Assembly (NCBI RefSeq): GCF_004010195.1
Contig: NC_057719.1
Location: 46,480,137-46,544,136 of the forward strand
DNA length: 64,000 nucleotides
From: Chiloscyllium plagiosum
Lineage: Eukaryota
Direction: 5' to 3'
Position 1 is the first letter of the stretch. Each line of letters begins with the position of its first letter. Made by a program: the position numbers and the translations under genes. This document shows, one piece after another, positions 24,845 through 37,989 of the stretch. The notes beneath the pieces were generated by a model. The model was not told the DNA's origin, made no database searches, and was given only the letters and a program-made list of their open reading frames with translations.

Positions 24845-26010
24845 TCAACATGCTACAGCAGCTTTTTTGATGACCTTTCCTCCACCATTAGGTGAGAAAT
24901 GGGGATATTCACTGATGATTGTGCAATGTCCAGCACTATTTGTGATTCCTCTGGTACTAAATGAGCTGTGTCCGTATGAAGCAAGACGTGGCAAGATCCA
25001 GACCTGGGCTGATAAGTAGCAGATAAAATTCATGTTACACAGGTGCCAGGCAATGAACATCTCTAACAGGAGAGAATCTAATCACCATCTTTAACGTTCA
25101 ATGGCATTATGAATGTTGAATGCCCCACTATCAACATCCTGGGGGTTACCATTGACCAGAAACTGAACTGAACCAGTCAAATAAGTATTGCGACAAGAGC
25201 AGGTCAGAATCAGGGAATTCCAAGACAAACATTTAACATCCTAAATCCCCAAACTATGTTGATTACCTACAAGGCATATGTCAGAGATGTGATTAGCCAC
25301 TTGCCTAGATGAAGTCAGCTCCAACAGTACACAAAAAGCTCAATGCCGTTTAGGACAAAGCAATTCACTAGATTGGCACTACATTCACAAACGTTCACCA
25401 ACGATGCAGAGCATACGGACACCCATCAAGGCTCTTTCAACACCTCCTTCGAAACCCCTGTCCTCTACCAGGAGAAGGACAAGGTAAGTTAGTGGGTGGC
25501 ACGGTGGCACAGTGGTTAGCACTGCTGCCTCACAGCGCCGGAGACCCGGGTTCAATTCCCGCCTCAGGCGACTGACTGTGTGGAGTTTGCACGTTCTCCC
25601 CGTGTCTGCGTGGGTTTCCTCCGGGTGCTCCGGTTTCCTCCCACAATCCAAAGATGTGCAGGTCAGGTGAATTGGCCATGCTAAATTGCCTGTAGTGTTA
25701 GGTTAGGGGTATGGGTGGGTTGCGCTTCGGCGGGTCGGTGTGGACTTGTTGGCCCGAAGGGCCTGTTTCCACACTGTAATGTAATGTAATCTAATCTAAG
25801 TTAATGCATGGTAACACTGCTACCTGCAAGCCCATCTCCGAGACATGCACTTGGAACCAAATGTCCAGCCCTTCACTGTAAGTGGGGCAAAATCCTGGAT
25901 CCCAGCCTAACAGGGTGTACCTACACTGCATGGGCTTACTATCACCTTCTCAGAACCAAATTAGAATGGGCAATAAAGGCTGGCAATACCCACCTCCATG
26001 AATAAATGAA
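24845..26010 (+). mobile_element. Decayed CR1/L2-clade LINE 3' portion, interrupted by a SINE
   Basis: FDDLSSTIR..GIFTDDC (FADD-like) motif, ILGVTIDQKLN, and tail ttagaatgggcaataaaggctggc...catgaataaatgaa. Confidence 0.8.
25492..25796 (+). mobile_element. HE1-type (V-)SINE, young full-length copy
   Basis: ggcacggtggcacagtggttagcactgctgcctcacagcgcc head, B box ggttcaattccc, CR1-like 3' end, (taatc)n tail, TSD taagtta (25485-25491 and 25797-25803). Confidence 0.93.
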
Positions 26011-26221
26011 GTTTGAAAAATTAGATTTATTGGTGACAATCTTACACTTCTTGCCCCCTAGTTTTAAATTGCCACACGAATTAGAACATATTTTTGATAT
26101 ATTGTATTTGGAGTGAATTCAGAACTTTAAAGATAGCTATTAGGTCCCTTCTCAAGCTTCTTTTTTATAAGGAGCTTTTCCACCTGTTTGATGTTTCATT
26201 ACAGTTCAGTGTGAAAAAGAG

Positions 26222-26470
26222 TGAGTTGTATTTATATAATGCCTTTCGTGAGCTTTGGATGTCTAAAAGCACTTTACAGCAATTAAGTAATTTGGAAGTG
26301 CAATCATTGTTGTAATAATGGAAACCTGACAGGTGATTTGCACATGGTAAACTTCCACAAACAGGAACGTACTAATGATCAGATAATCTGTTGTTATATT
26401 GTTAATTGAGTGACTATTTAGTTGAGCACAGGGATAACTCTGCTGCTGTTCTTCATTTTTCATGTCAGTG
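26222..26470 (-). mobile_element. Deu-domain SINE remnant (SacSINE1/AmnSINE1-like)
   Basis: ttgtatttatataatgcctttc...actttacagcaatt...cacaaacagg...atcagataatctg resembles the reverse complement of the Deu domain and L2-like tail (from recall). Confidence 0.7.
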
Positions 26471-28074
26471 TATTCACGTTTTAAACCAACGCCCTTGTAA
26501 TTCTATAGCTAAATTATAGTTATCCATTGTAGTATTATAATTCTTTTCATTGTTTCCTGCCACAGCTATAACTATTAAAGGTCAGAAGATGGCAAAAAGG
26601 GATGTTTCAATAACTGCCTTTAAATCTGTGATCGTCTTTCCAAAGCTGCATGAAGAAATGTACCTCCGTGAGTGTTACAATAACTTCGGCTGAAATCACG
26701 TTGCCTCAAAATATAGAAGCCACTGTTTGCACAGCCAGCTACTCTAAACCTCTCTGATCAAGCTCAGCATTCCACTGTTCTTGTCAGTCTGTCAAAGCAA
26801 TGGACGTGGCAGGTCTAAAATCTTGTCAGGGGACTAGCAGTGACGTGACAGGTCAATCCCACCAGTCAGTTAGTATCTTAGTGGTCCAACATCCCGCAGA
26901 GTTTTACGTGTATAGTGTTCATCAGCAGCTGTGTTAGTACAGCTTTTCCTGCTGACAATCCAAGCGTAATAGAGTCATAGTGGCGGCCATACAGAAGGCA
27001 CTTCAAACCCAAAAGAAAATTGATGAAGCGTGTAACACAGCATAACCTCACGATTAATCATACATATAAAGGACCAACCTCTCCAGCTGCTTTGTATAGT
27101 TACTGCTGGATATGACCAGTATGTCCCAAGAATAATTTTCCTAAATGCTAATATGAGCTAATTGGTCATGAGCTGTCAGCTCTTCAGGCATCATCACACA
27201 ATCTATTTTCTTTCTGCAATAATGTTTTCTAATTTAAAGAAAGGTTTAGGAAAACCTGAGGACTGTCATGTCAGAAAAGCAGTAAACACTATTTTACTCT
27301 GTAAACTTTTTAACTGATAATTTGCTGGTATTGACATGCTCCATATCTAACCCACAACTAACACATAGTCAGAAAATGACTAAAATATCTGCAGCAGAAA
27401 ATCCGAACAGAAAATCTCAATCAGTGAAAATTCTTCTGAAACAATGGTCTCGTGAAATTGGTAAAGGGCGGATGGTTCTTCAAAGGTATATTTGGTCAAA
27501 ATTTAATCGTGTAACACAAACTCATCTTTAGAATAACACACTTCTATCACAATTCTCAGCTAAAAAGGATGTTACCTCTGAATTTCTTGCAAAAATAGTT
27601 TGTTTAAGACTTAAAGCTGTTGCTAAACCAAAAGCAGTGCAATGATAGAAGAACAAACAAGGCTTGGGATGAACTAATTACAGTGTATAATCTTATAGAT
27701 TGAATTCCTTAGGTATTGCGTATGCAAAATTTTGTGTATAGTTAACTGCTAAACATCCCTGTTTCTTTAAGACCACTTTAAGACCACTGCCCAATTATGG
27801 CTACCTTTAATTTCTTGAGGTCAATTCAAAACAATTATCTGTGCTTTTAAGACTCCTCATATACTATAAGTTTAATATAAGTATATCCTTTCTGACAGCT
27901 TTCTATTATAATACATATCTCCCTGTTTATAATTAAAATTAGCTATGTGAACTTGTCCAGTATTGTAGGGGTTAAGTTAATTAATAGATGAGTGATCGAG
28001 AAACTTGATGTATGTGTGCTCAAATCATTCCAAGGCAGTTTGAGACTTTGTCTTCCATTAATACAGACATAAAA

Positions 28075-28265
28075 GTGTCTATAAATCTGTGTGAATGTTA
28101 TAAACACCTAACTGGTACACAAATTCCATTCAAGAAAGGGATCCTGCTCTCCGACACGTGACCTGTATCTGACTCCAGTCCCACGCCAGTCTGGTTGAGT
28201 CTATCAAATCTCTACAGGTGGTTTAAAACTTGCTCATTACAACTAGGGGAGGGAAATAAAGACCA
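28075..28265 (+). mobile_element. Degenerate 3' half of tRNA-derived shark SINE
   Basis: Similar to the reverse complement of the 1-214 element; tgactccagtcccac and caactaggggagggaaataaa tail. Confidence 0.55.
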
Positions 28266-29429
28266 TCTTTTTTAAAAGAAAATATAATTATACTGTGCTG
28301 CCAGAGGCAGTGCTCTAGTGCCTTAGTTTTGAGTCTCTGAACTCCTTAGACTGTACTGCAGGACAACTCTTTCATGTGAACAACCTTCACTTCTCAAATA
28401 ACTACAAACAAGTTCAAATATCATATAAAAATAAATACATTGGAGTACTTTAAACTGGTGATTGAATGGTTTGCTCACTATGGTCCCAATTATCACATGC
28501 CTTCAAATTCCTCTTCAGTTGAACTAGATCTTGACTCCCCGTGAGCAACACGTGACACTTCAAATAATGGTTGGAAGAACAGCATCATTTTATTTATCAT
28601 ATTTTTCACTTAGGTTTCAAAACATATAGTAACAACTAATGAAAATCTGGAAACCATTTTCAACGTTCGTGTAGTAAAAAGGATCACATGTACAACTCCA
28701 TTAAAACAAAGTATTGGTATATTACTCTAAACAAAAAATTAATTCTATATAGCTTTCTGTTTGGGGGTCATTCACAAACTGATATTTGTCATTATGTTTG
28801 GGGTCAGGTAATGCAATGTTAGTTCAAGTTAAAAAGGCAAGATTATACAGCTGCCAACAAAACAATTTTCAATATTTTCTTCTATTCATGTTGGCGAATT
28901 TCAAGAATTATAGTATGTGCAGTAAAGTGTGAATATTATTTATTCTTGTTATTGAGAATTGCTACAAAATGCTATCATAGCAGGATGACCAAGTAGTTGA
29001 AAATAGCAGGATTCCACACATTCCTTCTCTGTGTTTTGAAAAGCAATATTATCTTTATAGTCCTTCTGCATCTTAATTTGGAAATAAGACATTGCTGTAA
29101 ATACACAAAAAGACCAGTATGCAGTAAAATGTGCAATTAGTTTATCAATATTGCATTTATAAAGATTTGATAGGTGTGTTTTCCCCTCTATGGTAATGTT
29201 AAAATGAAGCCCCCACCCTGTCGAAAGGTTAATTTGTATGATCCTGCCTCAAAATAGCCTATTATGTAGCACAGCTCATTCTTTCATTGTGCTATGCCAT
29301 CAAAATGACTGTATGATCTTTGTTAAAAAAAAACACTCTTAAATTTATGATGCATCAACATTGTGGTTCTTAAAAAGAATAATGTGTTTAGCAATAAAGC
29401 AACATAAATTATTCTAGAATGCAAATGAA

Positions 29430-29760
29430 TTAAGTTTGACTAAACTATTTATGCAGACCTTTACATTGAGAATAGGTCACAGGTCAAAAGGGCTGCAGCA
29501 CATTAAATTAGTGGCATTTAATCACTTTCCTGCCATTGCACTTCTGCAGGTGCTCTGTGTGACAGGCTGTGTACACCTTTCTGTCATCAAACAGCTGACA
29601 AGGAAAAGTAGTGGGCAGCAATCAGACGGAGCTTTATGGGATAGTTCAAGCTGCCATTCTCATTCTGTTTGTTTATGTTTCAGTAGGAAACCATGTGACC
29701 AGTCAATACATTGTTATTGTTAGAGGTTTAATGATGGGGTTTCAATTTTCAGGAGGACCA
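29430..29760. promoter_or_regulatory. Candidate enhancer / conserved non-coding element
   Basis: Perfect DR1 AGGTCAcAGGTCA (29474-29486), TGACAG/CTGTCA TALE sites, CAGCTG E-box, TTTATGG and TAAT motifs in a repeat-poor block. Confidence 0.4.
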
Positions 29761-32700
29761 ACATGGTTTGTTTAAACAGAGAAGGTCCTCCTAAGGTCAG
29801 ACCATGACAGCTCATTAAGGAATTGTATGTTTATTCCATATGAAAAGGAAACTCGAGGTTTCAGCTCAGCTTGGCCTTCTTAGTACAAAAGCCGTGGAAA
29901 CAGAACAAGAAAACTATCGCTAGGAAATGTTCAGAGCTTTTTATCTTCAGTAGTCTATCTTATAGGCCAGCTATATTGCACCACTTAATCTAATGCAAAA
30001 CCTCATTGATCACATTTCAGGTGAGAATTTTAAAACCACAAACAAGATCTAGTCTCACACTGCGCATTGCCTTCAGGCAGTGACTTCTTTCAGGATGTTT
30101 AACTGATGTTAACAGAAAGCCCACTAACCTATCAGTTATTTGTTAGCATTGAAAACATAATCACACTGCAGATGTTGGTGAACAGAGATCTGTGTATGTA
30201 TTCTACCATGAACACACAAATCTGTTTTGCATAACAAGATATTGATGTGCGGTCAACAATATAGAAGCAGCAATATAGATGGAATTACAACCTGGGTATC
30301 TGGGCTGGCATTGCTCCCATGAGGCACCGGTACAAAATGTACAATGTAAAATGAGAGTTGGAAATTCAGTAATACATGATGACTGAAAATCCCAAAGAAT
30401 AGTGAAAAAGTTAGGTTGGTGACCAAGGTGCTGAAAGGAACTCTTCCCACCTTTCTGAAATCAGTCTATGAATTTTGACAGCTATTTTACATATACTGTA
30501 TATACATAAAACTGCATTGGCAATTTCTGAGTAATTATAGATAGTAACAAGATCATGCTTATATTTTAACTAACAAACCATGATTCCTACTTTAGTCTGC
30601 TTTACATTTCACAAATGAAATGTCTTTGTTTTTAATTATCAAGCAAGCTAGAATGCAAAGCTCACCCTGTTTTTGCAGATGAAGTGTACATATATACTGA
30701 GAATGCTTGTGGTCTGGCAGGTTGGACACAATAGATAGTTCTGCTGTTTGTTGCATGGGAGCTGAAGCAGATGTTGGGGCTCTGGGTTGGCACAGACCCT
30801 AGATGCTGGCAGGGAGTCAATGCACACAGGCTGCAGGGTTCAGAAGGGGAGTATCCAGGGACCATTTGTTCATAAACACAGCTGAGGGCCAACAACCTGC
30901 TCTATGCTTTCCTTGTGCTTCTCTGTCGGATTTTTTTTTGCATGCAATCTCTCTAGGAGAGGAAAAGCAGGCACACACTGCTCCTGAAGCCCACGCACTC
31001 CAGAAGTTATTAAACAGTTTTGCTTAACCCTGCTTGCCCGTCATTTGTTATTTGCATTCTCTGATGTCCACTACTTGGGAATGCAAGAATGCTTGAAGCT
31101 GTACTGCTGGGTTATGGAATTCAGCTTTAATTGAACTAGAACATTGTGGAAATTATACAGAGTATTTATAATAGAAATTTCTGGTTTACTCAATCCGTTC
31201 CATATTACAAACAATGAGGTTTGATGTGTTTTCTTACAACAAAGCAGGAAATAGAGGACAAGTATGTTACTGGTACGAACATGTTACCAAATCCTTTCTC
31301 TTTTCCAAGTGACATCTGTGTTCTAATAAAAACATTCCACCATCAAAATACCAGGAAATTCTGGAAGTATCTGTGTTCTCTTCAGGCTATTCTACAATTA
31401 GCATTCTTGGCATACAGAATAGGAAAATATGGAGTACATAATCCAAGTGTTTTTAAAATACCATTCATGATTACATCTTTAGGAGCAAAGCTCAGAAAGA
31501 TTACCTAATTATGTTATTAACATGTAAGTTTAAGAAATTATTTTATTTAATTGAAAATTAAAACTAGATAAATGTAAGCAATTGCATGTTTACATGCATA
31601 TATCTATTTTAATATATGATTGTCATAAACATATTTATGTAATATGTATAAAAATGTACATATATAAAATACCACATTAAATATTCCAGCTTTCCTCTCA
31701 TTTTAATATATATAAAATAATTCAGTGTAATAGAATTCCACTAAAAATGAATACACCCCCTTTCTTTTCACGAAAATATAAAGCCCTTCCTGTATTTGAA
31801 TTGTTAATATACACAAGAGTATAGAAACTCTCAAAGAATGGTGATTATGAGTTAATTTTTAAAATTAGTTATATTTGTTTTATAGATTTTAATGTATCAT
31901 TATTTAATAGAACATTGCAGTAGGTTATTTGAGGCATGCACTTTGCTTCTTTGGTAATTGGTTTGACCTCCCTTTCCGCTTCCTACAAAATTCTCCAGAC
32001 ATTTCAATCCCTTTTTGTTGTAATCTGTGTCCTTCTGTTAGCTCCTTTTCACTTTTCACAATAATCTCTAGAATTTAGATCATTCAACACTTGTGTTTCA
32101 CACCTTGTTTGTGCTGTGGCCAAGTAAACAGTAGCCAAACCAATTCTCTTTAAATAAATTAAGATGTTTCAATCACCAGAATGCAGAGCCAGAAGGAGCA
32201 GGAGTACTCCTCCGGGCATCGCATTAACACCAAGGGTCCTCGCCAACCACCACACCCCATTTGGAACAATGTATTTTACACTGGTGGTTGATGAAGCATG
32301 GATTACTTTGCCAGAGGGAGTGGGTGAGGCTAAATCATATCATCTTCTTTAAAAAAAAGAGCATAAACATTTATAGCAGAGGAAAGGCTCTGGGAAAGAT
32401 GTGGAAATGTGATGACATATGGTCAGTGTAGTATGCTTGGAAAGAATGGGTGGGTTTGAACATATGGTTCTCAAAGATTTCCATTACTGGGTGTTTTTGT
32501 CAACTCATGCCTTGGTCTGTTCTCAATAATTGATTGAAATTGATTGCTATAATTAGTCAACAGCCCTATTATTGCATCATGCAACTGCTAGACACATGGG
32601 GATTGAGAGCTGGATGGACATTGCCATCTTTTCACTCAGCAATTTGTACGGTCTGACACAGTTAGGTTTGAGATTTCTGTAGGAAGGAGCTGGCACAATG

Positions 32701-33049
32701 AGCCAAGTGGTTGTCTTTGCTGCCAAGATCAATTGTTCTATAGTTCTATACGTTAATGTCATTCACACTAACAAATTTTGGGAGGAATTGGAATGATTGC
32801 TGATCAAACTGAGAAGAAAATATGGAAACCACGGCAAGGAAAGTGATATACTTCGAAAAAGAAGGCATACAATGCAAGTCTTATGGGGCTAATAACTTAG
32901 TGACATCACCGAAGTATATATTGATGGTCTTTCAGTGTGACACAAAGTAAACTGCCCTCATATAAACATAAAATCCTTGGAATATGGGGAAAAAAAGTTC
33001 CATCCTTAACTGGCCTAGGAGCATCAAGAGTTAATCATACAGTGTGTAT

Positions 33050-33256
33050 GTGTAACCGCATGTAGACCAGGCTAATGAATGGAGAAGGTTTTGAGGAGAC
33101 AGATTCTGTCAGTAAATCTAGTTGTTTTATGATAAACATAGCAGCTATTGTGGTGATTAACTGAATTTCACAACTTGCCATGGTGTAATTTGAATTTACA
33201 GGGTTTTCTAGAATATCAGTCCGACTTGTATAGTATAGAAATGTAACGCTATGACG
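33050..33256 (-). mobile_element. Degenerate tRNA-derived shark SINE
   Basis: catgtagaccaggct...aactgaatttcacaacttgccatggtgtaatttgaa parallels the element at 1-214. Confidence 0.55.
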
Positions 33257-33404
33257 TTTATAAGCCCACTGAAGAAATTTCCTTATGAAATTTAAATATT
33301 CCACAATGCCTAATTATCTTAGAGAAGGTTTTACAGATATTAACTGAAGAAAAATGTAGGATTTGAAAACTTAGTAAAATAATGTAACAAGATCATAGAA
33401 GCAA

Positions 33405-33550
33405 GTTTTTAAGTTATTCATTTCTGTTTGTGGAACCTTGCTGTCCACTACTTGGTTGCTGCATGCGCCTATACAAAATGCAGAATTTTACAATTAATTC
33501 ATTGAATATGAAGCAGTGTATGAACTCTTAAGCAATGGCAAGGTGATTTT
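33405..33550 (+). mobile_element. Deu-domain SINE remnant
   Basis: ctgtttgtggaaccttgctgtccactacttggttgctgcatg resembles the Deu core; reverse-complement similarity to the 26.3 kb copy. Confidence 0.55.
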
Positions 33551-34374
33551 TCATGACTCTTATTTATGGGATTATTTGAAAAAGCAGGTATTTACTGATT
33601 AGATGATATAATAATTCTGATATGGACTCATATTTATGATTTGAAGATTTCTATTTGTTGATATTGGTAATATTTTGTAGATTCTTAAAGAGTTAGTTTC
33701 CTATCAACAGGAAAGTCAGTTTTATTGAGATTAAAAGGGGTTTAATATGTTATCTTATAGGACTTCACTTTGGTTAGAGCAGTAGCTGAATTAATTTACA
33801 GACCTACAGTCCAATCCCCAGACAGGGAGAGAGTCAAAGGTCAAAACACTAACTTTGTGTCCTGAATTTTACAAAAGAATAATGATCCACATGTTTATAG
33901 TGAGTTGATAAGATCTACTGAGTATGTCTGGACTGCAGTATGTGGGAGCTTGTGCACAGCGGGACTGTCCTGAGTGACCACATCTGCTGTAAATATCTCC
34001 ATCTCGAGCTCTGGCTCACAATCATTGGGCTCGAATATGAATTGGAGGCACTGGGCTGAATCTTCTGTTAAGTGTCTTTTCATCAAGTTTCATCACAGGT
34101 TTGTTTCCGTGAGGCCTAGTGAGATTTGTTGTGCTATTGTCCCAGACTCGCCTCATTAACTAGGGGCCACAACCTTGCAGTGTCCCTCTTGTCTAATGTT
34201 AGCCCAAGTCTCCCAGTCGCCTGAGCCAGAAGCATTCACCACTGCTGGAATATCCCATAGTATCCTGGGATATCTGATGCCAGTGCCACATTTAAAAGGT
34301 CATTGAGGCAAATGCTGGCTGTCCAGAGCTATCCTGCTTTTTTGGAGACATTCGCCCCAGACATGGAAGACATG

Positions 34375-34605
34375 GAGGAATGAATGCCCCTTTTTGTGGA
34401 CAGGATCTGGAGGTCATGGTAAATGGGTTGCTATAGAGGAGCTCCGTCCTCTGCCCCATGACTGACCAAAAAGGCTGCGACATAAAATTCTGTCAGGTTG
34501 GTCCAAAGCTGACACTTGAGTCAGTGTTGTCCCCACAGTCTGGAGAAATTCTGAGCATAGTAGGAAAAAGGCCAGTAATCTTCTCTGCTTAGCTAGGGTG
34601 AGTAC
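34375..34605 (+). mobile_element. Harbinger Myb/SANT-like ORF remnant
   Basis: Frameshifted P.F.DRDLEVMVNGLL*RSSVLCP, like the PRFS..DLE.L...V..RR.VL.P motif; ends at a donor-like ggtgagt. Confidence 0.5.
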
Positions 34606-34685
34606 GACCAGCTTCTCTCAGCTACTTCAATCTCTGTTAGTACATCCAACTCCCATCAAAGTCATGATCAACCACACTTACCATC

Positions 34686-35590
34686 GGACCATAAGACATA
34701 GAAGTTGAACTAGCCCATTCAGCCCATTGTTCTGTCATTCAATGGGATCAGGTTGATACCATAAGCCTCAACTCCTCTTTCCCACCATTTCCCCATAACC
34801 TTTGACTCTCTGGAATTACAAATGTCAACCTCAGCCTGAATATACTGAATGGCCCAGAACCCACAGCCCTGTTTGCTAAAGAAATCCCCAGATTCACTAC
34901 CCTCGCAGAGATGAAATCCTTTCCCATCTCTGTTTTAAATGGATGATTCCTTATTCTGAGATTTTGCCCCTCTGGTCCTAGATTTTCTTTTATTTGGGGT
35001 GGCACGGTGGCTCAATGGTTAGCACTGCTGCCTCACAGCACCAGGAACCCAGGTTCAATTTCCGCCTCGGGAAACTGTCTGTGTGGCGTTTGTACATTCT
35101 CCCCATGTCTGCGTGGGTTTCCTCCCACAGTGCAAAGATGTGGAGGTTAGGTGAACTGGCCATGCTAAATTGCCCATAGTGTTAGGTGTAGGGGAATGGG
35201 TCTGGGTGGGTTGCTCTTCAGAGGGTTGGTGTGGACTTGTTAGGCCGAAGGTCCTGTTTCCACACTGTAGGTAATCTAATTACTATGTTTGAAAGGAACC
35301 TTTCTGCATCGAGCCTGTACAGTTTTGTAAGAATCTTATATGTTTCAATAAAGTTGCCTCTTATTTTTCTGAACTTCAATGAGTACAGACCCAATCTACT
35401 TGATTTTACTTCATAAGACATTCCCTTCATACTCGGAATCAGCCCAGTGAAACGTCTCTGACTGCCTCCAATGCCAATATTTTGTCCGTTAGACAAGAAG
35501 CCCAAACTGTTCACAGTATTCCAGCTGTGGTCTGTCTAGTGTCTTGTATAATTTTAGCAAAACCTCCCTACTTTTATATAGCACCATTAC
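34686..35590 (-). mobile_element. CR1 LINE 3' fragment, interrupted by an HE1 SINE
   Basis: QRRFTGLIPSMKGMSYE..LGLYSLKFRKIRGNFIETYKIL; tail gaccataagacatag. Confidence 0.9.
34997..35280 (+). mobile_element. HE1-type SINE
   Basis: Same head, body and tail as the 25.5 kb copy. Confidence 0.9.
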
Positions 35591-36209
35591 ATGCAGCATC
35601 TTCCTTCATTCACTCTCAACCATGTCAAGACCCCCACACCATTAACTCTGCACGGTCTCTGCACTGTTAATCAGTCACTGAGGACACTGCAGTACCTTTC
35701 CATTGGCACTGCCAGCTGTGCCATTCACTTACATCTTTCAATACCTCCTTTTTTCTCATTAGAGGAGTAAACGCCCCATAATCGGGTTGAATGAGCCACA
35801 GTGAGCTCAGTGAGCCACAGTGAGTGGTGGATAGCGATATTTGTGTCCTAGCTCCCTACAAGGTGAGGATCTTTACCCTATCAGATAAAAACTGGGACTA
35901 CTCTTGAGGAGACTGAACCTCCATGCTCTGGCCACCAAGTAAGAAGCCTTGTTCATTATTGTGCTACTTTCCCATTACCTCCACTGTGAATGTATTATTA
36001 TTATTATCATAACTTCGACCCCTTGCTCGCAACATTTTTTCTCTTATATCTCCTGCAGGCATAAGTAATATGTTCACATGCTCCTTGCTGAATAGTGGGT
36101 ACTGCAAAACACCTTCTTCCTCAGCTCTGAGGAAAAAGAGTTCAGGAATGTCTAAAAGGAAGCAACAGGCAACGATGTCTTCCACACCCCGAACTATCTG
36201 AGCTACTCA

Positions 36210-36279
36210 TTTGCTGTGCTTTTCCAGCACCACACTGTTCGAATCTGATCTCCAGCATCTGCAGTCCTCACCTTCTCCC
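36210..36279 (+). mobile_element. PLE terminal-repeat 3' stub
   Basis: tgctgtgcttttccagcaccacac...tctgatctccagcatctgcagtcctcaccttctcc. Confidence 0.75.
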
Positions 36280-36361
36280 ACCTTGATGTATACGTTAAGT
36301 ACAGTTGAAAATGCAATTAGAAATGAGAAAACTTGAGTCAGAGAGAAAGATGATCGAGAAT

Positions 36362-36495
36362 TGGAAGGGTTTGGAGGGATATGGGCCGGGTGCTGGCAGG
36401 TGGTAGTAGATTGGGTTGGGATATCTGGTCGGCATGGACAGGTTGGACCGAAGGGTCTGTTTCCATGCTGTACATCTCTATGACTATGACTCTAT
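36362..36495 (+). mobile_element. CR1 3' UTR stub
   Basis: gggtttggagggatatgggcc...catctctatgactatgactcta. Confidence 0.85.
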
Positions 36496-36508
36496 ATAAA
36501 AGATATAT

Positions 36509-36813
36509 GGGCGGCACGGTGGCACAGTGGTTAGCACTGCTGCCTCACAGTGCCAGAGACCCGGGATCAATTCCTGCCTCAGACAACTGCCTGTGTGGAG
36601 TTTGCACATTCTCTCCGTGTCTGCGTGGGTTTCCTCTGGGTGCTCCGGTTTCCTCCCACAGTCCAAAACTGTGCAGGTTAGATGAATTAGCCATGCTGTT
36701 AGGTGAAGGGGTAAATGCAGGGGAATGAGTCTGGGTCGGTTGCTCTTTGGAGGGTCGGTGTGGACTTGTTGGGCCGAAGGGCCTGTTTCTACACTGTAAG
36801 TAATCTAATCTAA
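36509..36813 (+). mobile_element. HE1-type SINE
   Basis: Full head-to-tail match to the other copies; (taatc)n tail. Confidence 0.92.
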
Positions 36814-36921
36814 GAACAATATAAATTGGAAGATAGAAGAGACAAAAGGAAAATAAAAGAAAGAAAAAAATGGAAAGGGATAAAGGAAAACAAAGAGAAA
36901 TGGAAATGGAAGAGAATGTAC

Positions 36922-37983
36922 CAACTGATACATAATTGGCTTAATGGCAGGAGACGCAGTATGGTGATGGAGAGTTGTTTTTCAGACTGGAAGTCTGTGA
37001 CCAGCGGTGTTCCACAGAGATCGGTTTTGGGCCCTCTTTTGTTTGTCATTTATATAAATGTTTTGGATGAGAATATAGAAGGCATGGTTACTAAGTTTGT
37101 GGATGACACCAAAATTGGTGGCGTAGTAGACAATGAAGAGGGTTTTCTAATGTTACAAAAGGATCTTGATCAAATGGGTCAATGGGCTGAAAAATGGCAG
37201 ATGGATTTCAATCTGAATAAATGTGAGGCATTGCATTTTGGTACAATGGACAAAGGTAGGACTTACACAATTAATGGTAGAGCCTTGAGTAGTGTTATAG
37301 AACAGAGGGACCGAGGGGTTCAGGTACATAATTCTTTGAAGTTTGCATCACATGTAGACAGAGTGGTTAAAAAGGCATTTAGCACACTTACCTTTATTGC
37401 TCAGTACTTTGACTACAGGAGTTGGGACATCATGTTGAGATTATACAGGACATTGGTAAGGTATCTTCTGGAATAATGTGTCACCCAGTTATAGGGAGGA
37501 TATTGTCAAGCTGGAGAGGGTTCAGCAGAGATTTACCAGGATGTAGCTGGATATGGAAGGTTTGAGTTATAAAGAAAGGCTGGATAGGCTGGGACTTTTT
37601 TTACTGGAGTGTAGGTAGTTGAGAGGTGATCTGATAGAAGTTTATAAAATAATGAGAGGTATCGATATAGCAAATGGGAGTTGTCTTTTCCCCAGGATGG
37701 GGGATGTCAAGACTGGGTGCACATTTTTAAGGTGAGAGGAGAGAGATTTAAAAAAGACATGAGGCGTAAATCTTTTATATGGAGGGTGGTTTGCGTGTGG
37801 AATGGCCTTCCTGAGGAAGTGGTGGATGTTGATACAATTACAATGTTTAAAAGACATTGGATAAGTATGTGAATAGCAAAGGTTTGGAGGGATATGGGCC
37901 AGAAGCAGGCAGGTGGGACTAGTTTAGTTTGGGATTCTGTTCAGTATGGACCGAATGGCCTGTTTCTGTGCTGTATGACTCTT
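36922..37983 (+). mobile_element. CR1 LINE RT 3' portion
   Basis: WKSVTSGVPQRSVLGPLLFVIYIN..KFVDDTKIGG..WAEKWQMDFN..YRTLVR; ctgtatgactct tail. Confidence 0.95.
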
Positions 37984-37989
37984 TGAAAA

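Noticed and set aside
25492..25570. tRNA gene (also 1697, 34997, 36509, 55830)
   Set aside because: A/B boxes belong to SINE heads that run on into SINE bodies and tails; no complete cloverleaf.
36826..37476. 216-aa ORF, the longest in the window
   Set aside because: A CR1 RT fragment fused to a purine-rich low-complexity run, followed by stops; not a host gene.
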